Positions 10,862 to 11,881 of a stretch of 11,881 nucleotides of DNA are shown piece by piece. The DNA comes from Amoebophrya sp. A120 (Eukaryota; Protista; Dinoflagellata): positions 1 through 11,881 of the forward strand of contig CAJINV010000049.1 of the NCBI GenBank assembly GCA_905178155.1, read 5' to 3'. The translations under genes and the position numbers were made by a program. The stretch's first letter is position 1; the number at the start of each line of letters is the position of its first letter. The notes under the pieces are model-generated. The model ran no database searches and was not told where the DNA came from. It was given only the letters and a program-made list of their open reading frames with translations.

Positions 10862-11826
10862 CTAGAAATTGTACAACGCTTTCGTTAATTCGAGTCGCAG
10901 ACTTGGAGGAACTAAGTTCTCTTCCGCTGCTAGGATATGCAGTGCAAAAGTATCGTACTCGTATAAATGCATATACAAATTTCCTCAGCATGAGAAATAA
11001 AATTTGTAATGCTGATCTACCTCAAGAAAAAGATTTGTAATTCATGCTTGCAATACGAATACGATACTTTTGCACAGGATATAGGAACTCGTTGAACCAC
11101 TGCAGTTTGTAGGCCAGATGCGCCGTGGCTTCGCGTCCGCTGACCAGGAGATCCGAAACTTCAATGTATAGTTGTATACAATGCAAAAGTATCGTACTCG
11201 TCATGCATTACAAATTTTCATCGTAAGGCAGATCCGCATTACAAATTCAATTTGTAATGCAAACCCAATTTGTAATGGAATTCATACTAGTACGATGCTT
11301 TTGCACAGGATACAAGGTCCTGGTTGACAAAAGCCGTTGCAATCAGCTCCATCCGGTGCTTCGCCACGAAGTCCGATCGTATTGCAGTCATGCATTACAA
11401 ATCCCTGCGTCAAGGAAAATCAGCATTACAAATTTTATTTCTCATGCTGAGGAAATTTGTAATGCATTTATACGAGTACGAGACTTTTGCAAAACATACG
11501 AGTCCCAGAACCGCGGTTTTTACAAAGGATATTCCTGCATGCTGATGATGTTTCTCATGCAGAGCCCCATGAGAGGCATTTTCTAGTCGTGCTTCGGAAT
11601 TTGTCATGCTCCGTTCAGCATAGCAGGCTAGATCGCTGTAGCAAACGGTGGACTGCTCTCGCTGTTCCTGCAATACAGTTTTTTTATAGAATCCAGAGGC
11701 AGCATCACAGGTTCCATCTTTCCACACCCAGGCATATTTGGAACGCATACAGCACCCGGTCCCACTCCCGAACGGTTCGGATCAGGTCGGCGGTCGTGGA
11801 GATGGGGACTTTGTTGGTTGTTGTAG
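10862..11826 (-). CDS. 3' part of a hypothetical protein gene split by multiple non-canonical introns; exons about 11750-11826, (11499-11524 uncertain), 11313 to about 11374, 11082-11161, 10862-10930
   Basis: Reconstructed as ...NKVPISTTADLIRTVREWDRVL/.../DFVAKHRMELIATAFVNQDL|EVSDLLVSGREATAHLAYKLQWFNEFL|AAEENLVPPSLRLELTKALYNF*. The last two junctions are in frame under the element+5 rule. It is largely invisible in the ORF track. No family recognised. Confidence 0.7.
10936..11081. mobile_element. Introner-like intron, family A, 146 nt; 151 nt removed
   Basis: Perfect direct repeat TAGGA at 10931-35 and 11082-86. TIR TATGCAGTGCAAAAGTATCGTACTCGTAT versus (rc) TATCCTGTGCAAAAGTATCGTATTCGTAT. Colinear with 2907-3052. 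Confidence 0.95.
11167..11312. mobile_element. Introner-like intron, family A termini with rearranged fold-back interior, 146 nt; 151 nt removed
   Basis: Direct repeat CAATG (11162-66) / CAAGG (11313-17). The TIR core starts at 11175 and is preceded by an extra TATAGTTG. Removal gives NQDL|EVSDLL in frame. Confidence 0.88.
11380..11498. mobile_element. Family A copy in inverted orientation lacking about 26 nt of one TIR, still bounded by TAT...ATA
   Basis: Reverse-complement match to 2907-3026 and 10936-11056. No clean 5-bp repeat directly abuts it. Confidence 0.85.
11530..11749. mobile_element. Family B introner-like element, inverted relative to 7260-7504; left boundary uncertain (11530 or about 11499)
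   Basis: Right end (rc) TATGCGTTCCAAATATGCCTGGGTGTGGAAA matches the 7260 end. 11669-11749 aligns with 7424-7504, and the rc of 11550-11611 aligns with about 7329-7379. Flanks AAGGA (11525-29) / CAGCA (11750-54) match 3/5. Confidence 0.8.
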
Positions 11827-11831
11827 TAGCT

Positions 11832-11881
11832 TATGCAATACAAATTTCCCGTACATCTACAACATGCATCAAAACAAATTT
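11832..11881. mobile_element. Probable end of a further introner-like intron running off the window
   Basis: Starts TATGCAATACAAATTT, which fits the terminal consensus, and marks a switch to AT-rich sequence at the exon edge. The other end is not visible. Confidence 0.5.

Noticed and set aside
10931-11503. Clustered repeats separated by unique spacers, superficially CRISPR-like
   Set aside because: The units are over 100 nt, diverged and variably oriented; the spacers are exons; no cas genes; eukaryotic context.
11520-11522. In-frame TAA suggesting stop-codon reassignment
   Set aside because: Exons of 500-880 codons contain no internal stops, so the standard code fits; this TAA is in an intronic or wrong frame.
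11524-11532. ATATCCTTT on the sense strand, and TATCCT at family-A ends, resemble the U12 minor-intron donor
   Set aside because: No TCCTTAAC-type branch box was seen, other families lack the motif, and it is antisense in the 6389 copy.
10800-11748. Recurring short ORFs such as LRKFVYAFIRVRYF, also seen at the end of ORF 2813-4540
   Set aside because: They are translations of family-A element DNA, with no transposase-like features.
11532-11750. Canonical GTATGC...TAG intron (11583-11750) followed by an exon KMPLMGLCMRNIISMQE
   Set aside because: The supposed exon is homologous to family-B interior sequence at about 7329-7379, and the better upstream frame (TADLIRTVREWDRVL) is incompatible with it.

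Overview
Eukaryotic, gene-dense window. The intron architecture matches the 'introner element' non-canonical introns I recall being described in the syndinian dinoflagellate parasite Amoebophrya; this taxon call is inference from architecture only. Four genes lie co-oriented on the minus strand: an anoctamin/TMEM16 (466-4540, about 1166 aa, 4 exons), a small basic AT-hook protein (5154-5531), a long PPR-motif protein (6151-10144, 3 exons) and the 3' part of an unknown gene (10862 to beyond the window). A probable last exon of a convergent plus-strand gene lies at 85-177. The main signal is about 10 short MITE-like inserts (119-245 nt) inside the coding sequences. They begin TAT and end ATA, have imperfect terminal inverted repeats (TAT-N4-[TGA]G-N-AAAA), and are mostly flanked by 5-bp direct repeats. 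None offers a GT-AG register. In seven clear cases, removing the insert plus one repeat copy restores the reading frame, and in the anoctamin it rebuilds conserved motifs. They belong to at least two repeated families plus singletons, occur in both orientations, share an internal TTGTRATGC motif, and include one rearranged compound copy. No transposase is present. All coordinates and alignments were done by eye.
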